A stretch of DNA of 64,000 bases from a virus: IMG/VR virus record IMGVR_UViG_3300025732_000024, positions 1 to 64,000 of that record; one strand, 5' to 3'. Positions within the stretch are counted from its first letter, which is position 1, and the number at the start of each line of letters is the position of its first letter. This document shows, in pieces, positions 61,281 through 64,000 of this stretch. The translations under genes were made by a program, and so were the position numbers. Below the pieces are notes generated by a model. The model was not told the origin of the DNA and searched no databases. It was given only the letters and a program-made list of their open reading frames with translations.

Positions 61281-62813
61281 ATGACTAACCCGTTTGCATC
61301 CAAAAAAGAAGTATTTGCCCCATTAATTAACGCCGAACGGTGGCTAATGGGTGCGTTCGCTGTGGCTGGCATCGGGTTTACATTCACTCCCGTCATCTGG
61401 CCACAACAAAGACCGGAAGTTAAGCTGATTCAATCAGTTTTTGGATTATTCTCCAGTGGATGCTTTACCCTTTCAGCTATAGAAAGAAAGAGTAAGGAAA
61501 AAGACTATCAAGCTATTTCTCACGCTCACCATGAGATTGTAAAAGAGGAACTCAAGGGGCAATTTGCCTTTGAGCAATCACGGCAGCAGATAGAATCTAA
61601 GCGCAAACTTGCCACCTATGTAAACGCATTACCACTAGAAGAAAGGCAGCAATGGGCGATACAATACGGACTACACGGGTTGATTGAGTTGCCACAAATA
61701 CAGCAAGCCGTAATTGAGCAGCCGCGACGATTGCCAGGGCGCATCCCTAGTCCTGATATTGCGGATGTAAATGAAGATGCGGTTCAGGAAATTATCAATC
61801 CTGGGGTGATGTCTGTATTGCAAGAATTAGCCGCTCAATACCCTGAATACATCAGGATTGATGAGCAATGGGTTGACGAGTTATGCGATTCATCATCGTT
61901 GCAGGACATGGGGAAACGAGCTAACCATCACTTCAGTTTTTGGGGTGAAACCCAATCTGGTAAATCAACTTTAGCAGGTGTTTTTATCAATAAAATAGCT
62001 GCTAAGTCTCAAAGCCCAGCCATAGTCATTGGTTCAGACCCCAAGAATTATTTAACTACTTGGCTATGTAAATTTAGCCGTAAATTTGACGGGTTCAAAG
62101 ATAATTTAGATGACTGGGTAACGTTTGCCACAAAGGTTATAGACTCCAGGCAAAACGAATATAAAGACAACAAAAAAGGAACGGGTTTACCCGAATTATT
62201 TTTAATTCAGGACGAGGTAAACGTAGTCTATGGCGAAGGAAAAGGCTTACTCGGTCAAGTCCCTAAAGAGACAGCATTGAACCTTTGCGCTATGTGGAAT
62301 TACATCATTAATTTCACAGCCGCCATGAAGATTCACGGTATATTCATGGGACAAAACCCATTAAGTGGTTACACAGGTTTTAGTCGTCCAGCACTTAAAA
62401 ATATCTGTTTTTTAGCATTAGGAAAAGTATCGAATTACGTCCTAACTAAAATGCCAGAAATATTAAATGTAAAATCAGAAATCCTGGAATTATTAGGTAA
62501 TGCCTGTGAACTACTTGATAAAGGGGGCGTACGCTATGCTTTAGTAGTTCCCACTCGTGGCAATCCTTACGTAGCACTAATTCCTACATTTGATATTAAT
62601 TCATTAGAGCAAACAACACAACCCCAAGCAGACGATGAACAAGAAGCAAGTGACGCGACTAACTGGTATGAAATCTTAGTTGAATGGGTAAAACAATTAG
62701 AAAGACAACCCACGCCCCAAGAACTTAAAGCAGCATGGAAACAACTAACCAAGCAAGAATTAAATGATAGCGGCGTTGCTCTGTTAATGGAGAAACTAGG
62801 ATTCAAGGAATAA
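61281..62813 (+). CDS. Membrane-anchored FtsK/HerA-like P-loop ATPase
   Basis: Two N-terminal TMs, Walker A GETQSGKS, DPK, Walker B LIQDE, hhhhGQ motif; GGAGG Shine-Dalgarno. Confidence 0.75.
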   Translation: MTNPFASKKEVFAPLINAERWLMGAFAVAGIGFTFTPVIWPQQRPEVKLIQSVFGLFSSGCFTLSAIERKSKEKDYQAISHAHHEIVKEELKGQFAFEQSRQQIESKRKLATYVNALPLEERQQWAIQYGLHGLIELPQIQQAVIEQPRRLPGRIPSPDIADVNEDAVQEIINPGVMSVLQELAAQYPEYIRIDEQWVDELCDSSSLQDMGKRANHHFSFWGETQSGKSTLAGVFINKIAAKSQSPAIVIGSDPKNYLTTWLCKFSRKFDGFKDNLDDWVTFATKVIDSRQNEYKDNKKGTGLPELFLIQDEVNVVYGEGKGLLGQVPKETALNLCAMWNYIINFTAAMKIHGIFMGQNPLSGYTGFSRPALKNICFLALGKVSNYVLTKMPEILNVKSEILELLGNACELLDKGGVRYALVVPTRGNPYVALIPTFDINSLEQTTQPQADDEQEASDATNWYEILVEWVKQLERQPTPQELKAAWKQLTKQELNDSGVALLMEKLGFKE

Positions 62814-63003
62814 ATAAATCTCTGCATATTTCCCAGATTCACTTACTAGGAAATAATCATGAAAACCACAATCAACGAACTAGTCAGAGTTGCTATCAAA
62901 TCCCTAGACGCACTTTCACAACATCCAGAAATATCCAATAATTCTGATATTGAAAGTGCCATTAATCTTATTCTTAAATTGCGTAATCAAGATTACTCAA
63001 AGC

Positions 63004-63324
63004 ATGAACTTCAATAAACGCTATGGCAACCTTAAAAAATATCGTCAACAATGCGCGATCGCTCACAAATCCACTCACGGTCTATGCTGTGTCTGCATGA
63101 CCAGAAAGTCACAAGAGATACACCACGCATTTTACGGTAACGATATTATCGGCGTGTCCACCTATCCGGTCTGTGCAAAATGTCATCAAACAATCTGCCA
63201 CAGTCCGGAAAACTGGATTAAAGACCATCAGAACCCCGTCTGGAAGAACCGGAACACAATGCAATTTACTCAAAGATTGCAGCTTGGGTACAAGTTACTT
63301 TACGAAGGTATAAACCATCAGTAG
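63004..63324 (+). CDS. HNH endonuclease-like protein (paralog of 43990..44322)
   Basis: RYGN.KKY...C..AH..THG.C.VC...IHH..Y...P.C..CH...CHS..NWI. Confidence 0.7.
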   Translation: MNFNKRYGNLKKYRQQCAIAHKSTHGLCCVCMTRKSQEIHHAFYGNDIIGVSTYPVCAKCHQTICHSPENWIKDHQNPVWKNRNTMQFTQRLQLGYKLLYEGINHQ

Positions 63325-63405
63325 AAACGAGGTGCATCAACGCACCCTTTGTAATTCCTGTATAGTATAAATAGTAAGCGTTTTTGACGAGAATTTGACG
63401 AGAAT

Positions 63406-64000
63406 ATGAGTATTATTTACGCTAAAAAGACTACCGCACAGGGCGGAAGATGTATCAAGTGCAGCAGATACCGATGGTTAGAGGCACGAAGCGACGACGG
63501 CGGCATCTGTACAGAATGCGTTCTTAGTCTGAAAAAGCAAAAATTAATCAGCTTCGCCAGACCACCTAAGCCACCTAAACCAGTAAAAATCAAGCCACCT
63601 AAACCACCTAAGCCACCTAAGCCACCCACAAGAAGAGAGATAGTAACAGCAACGTCGGACAAAATACTGGAAGTCATGAAGAAGTCCAAGACTCCGTTAA
63701 GTGTTCACGAATTAGCCGCAAAACTTGACATTCAACCCAATAGGGCAAAGTTGCAATGGCTAAGAAAAATATGTCAAAAAATGACAACCAACAAGCTACT
63801 TGCTCAATCTGACAGTCGTTACAAACAATACATTAACATCTCCAGGCGACACTTGTTGTCTAAATTATCCACACACAATTACTTACGGAATGCAAGGGAA
63901 TTATCTATAGATAAAGTCAAAAAATTCCTAGAATCATCCACAACCGCTCAAAGTTGCTCACAGATATTAGATGGATTGAATGGACTAACAAGAGTAGTAT
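63406..64000 (+). CDS. Zn-finger / PPK-linker / winged-helix protein, truncated by the window end
   Basis: Open frame from ATG 63406: CIKC...CTEC, (PPK)n linker, ILEVMKKSKTPLSVHELAAKL. Confidence 0.6.
   Translation, partial: MSIIYAKKTTAQGGRCIKCSRYRWLEARSDDGGICTECVLSLKKQKLISFARPPKPPKPVKIKPPKPPKPPKPPTRREIVTATSDKILEVMKKSKTPLSVHELAAKLDIQPNRAKLQWLRKICQKMTTNKLLAQSDSRYKQYINISRRHLLSKLSTHNYLRNARELSIDKVKKFLESSTTAQSCSQILDGLNGLTRVV

Larger units (their letters stand above)
1..64000. mobile_element. Segment of a temperate siphovirus-like cyanophage or prophage
   Basis: Terminase, capsid, tail, tape measure, initiator plus DnaB, and Rha/BRO antirepressors are present. No host housekeeping operons are seen. 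HIP1 octamers are frequent. Element ends are not visible. Confidence 0.93.

Noticed and set aside
63558-63628. 9-bp CCACCTAA(G/A) tandem repeat as a regulatory repeat
   Set aside because: Explained as a Pro-Pro-Lys linker in the + strand ORF starting at 63406.
1-64000. Integrase/att site, reverse transcriptase/DGR, tRNA genes, cas genes, IS elements
   Set aside because: No recognisable motifs were found by eye. RNA-mediated mobility of the ribozyme cassettes therefore has no local enzymatic support.

Overview
This window is a 64-kb segment of a temperate, long-tailed (siphovirus-like) phage or prophage. About 20 HIP1 sites (GCGATCGC) and a cyanobacterial-type DnaB point to a cyanobacterial host, probably Nostocales-like. 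It contains: a replication module (iteron-bearing initiator, DnaB, putative SSB); nucleotide-metabolism genes (dcd, thyX); antirepressors (Rha, BRO-N); two orphan DNA methyltransferases; a mostly minus-strand morphogenesis block (terminases, protease, capsid, head-tail and tail genes, frameshifted tail chaperone, and a 4694-aa tape measure protein carrying several peptidoglycan-active domains); an SF2 helicase; and a membrane-protein/FtsK-like ATPase module. No portal, integrase or lysis gene was recognised. The most striking feature is six hammerhead ribozymes (five type I, one type II) with intact cores and covarying stems. They sit directly after stop codons and punctuate two accessory operons (about 10.0-13.7 kb and 54.5-56.2 kb), which would cut the mRNA into one-gene units. 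In or near these operons are a three-member family of ribozyme-led acidic proteins, a 2H phosphodiesterase, a HAD 3'-phosphatase-like enzyme and an SRH-motif Csx16/Csx20-like protein. Elsewhere are a Csx3/Crn3-like protein in an acr-aca-like operon and a stand-alone copy of the N-terminal domain of cyanobacterial CRISPR-associated WYL repressors. Together these suggest a ribozyme-processed anti-defence cassette system. All protein family calls come from motif recognition by eye, not from database searches.
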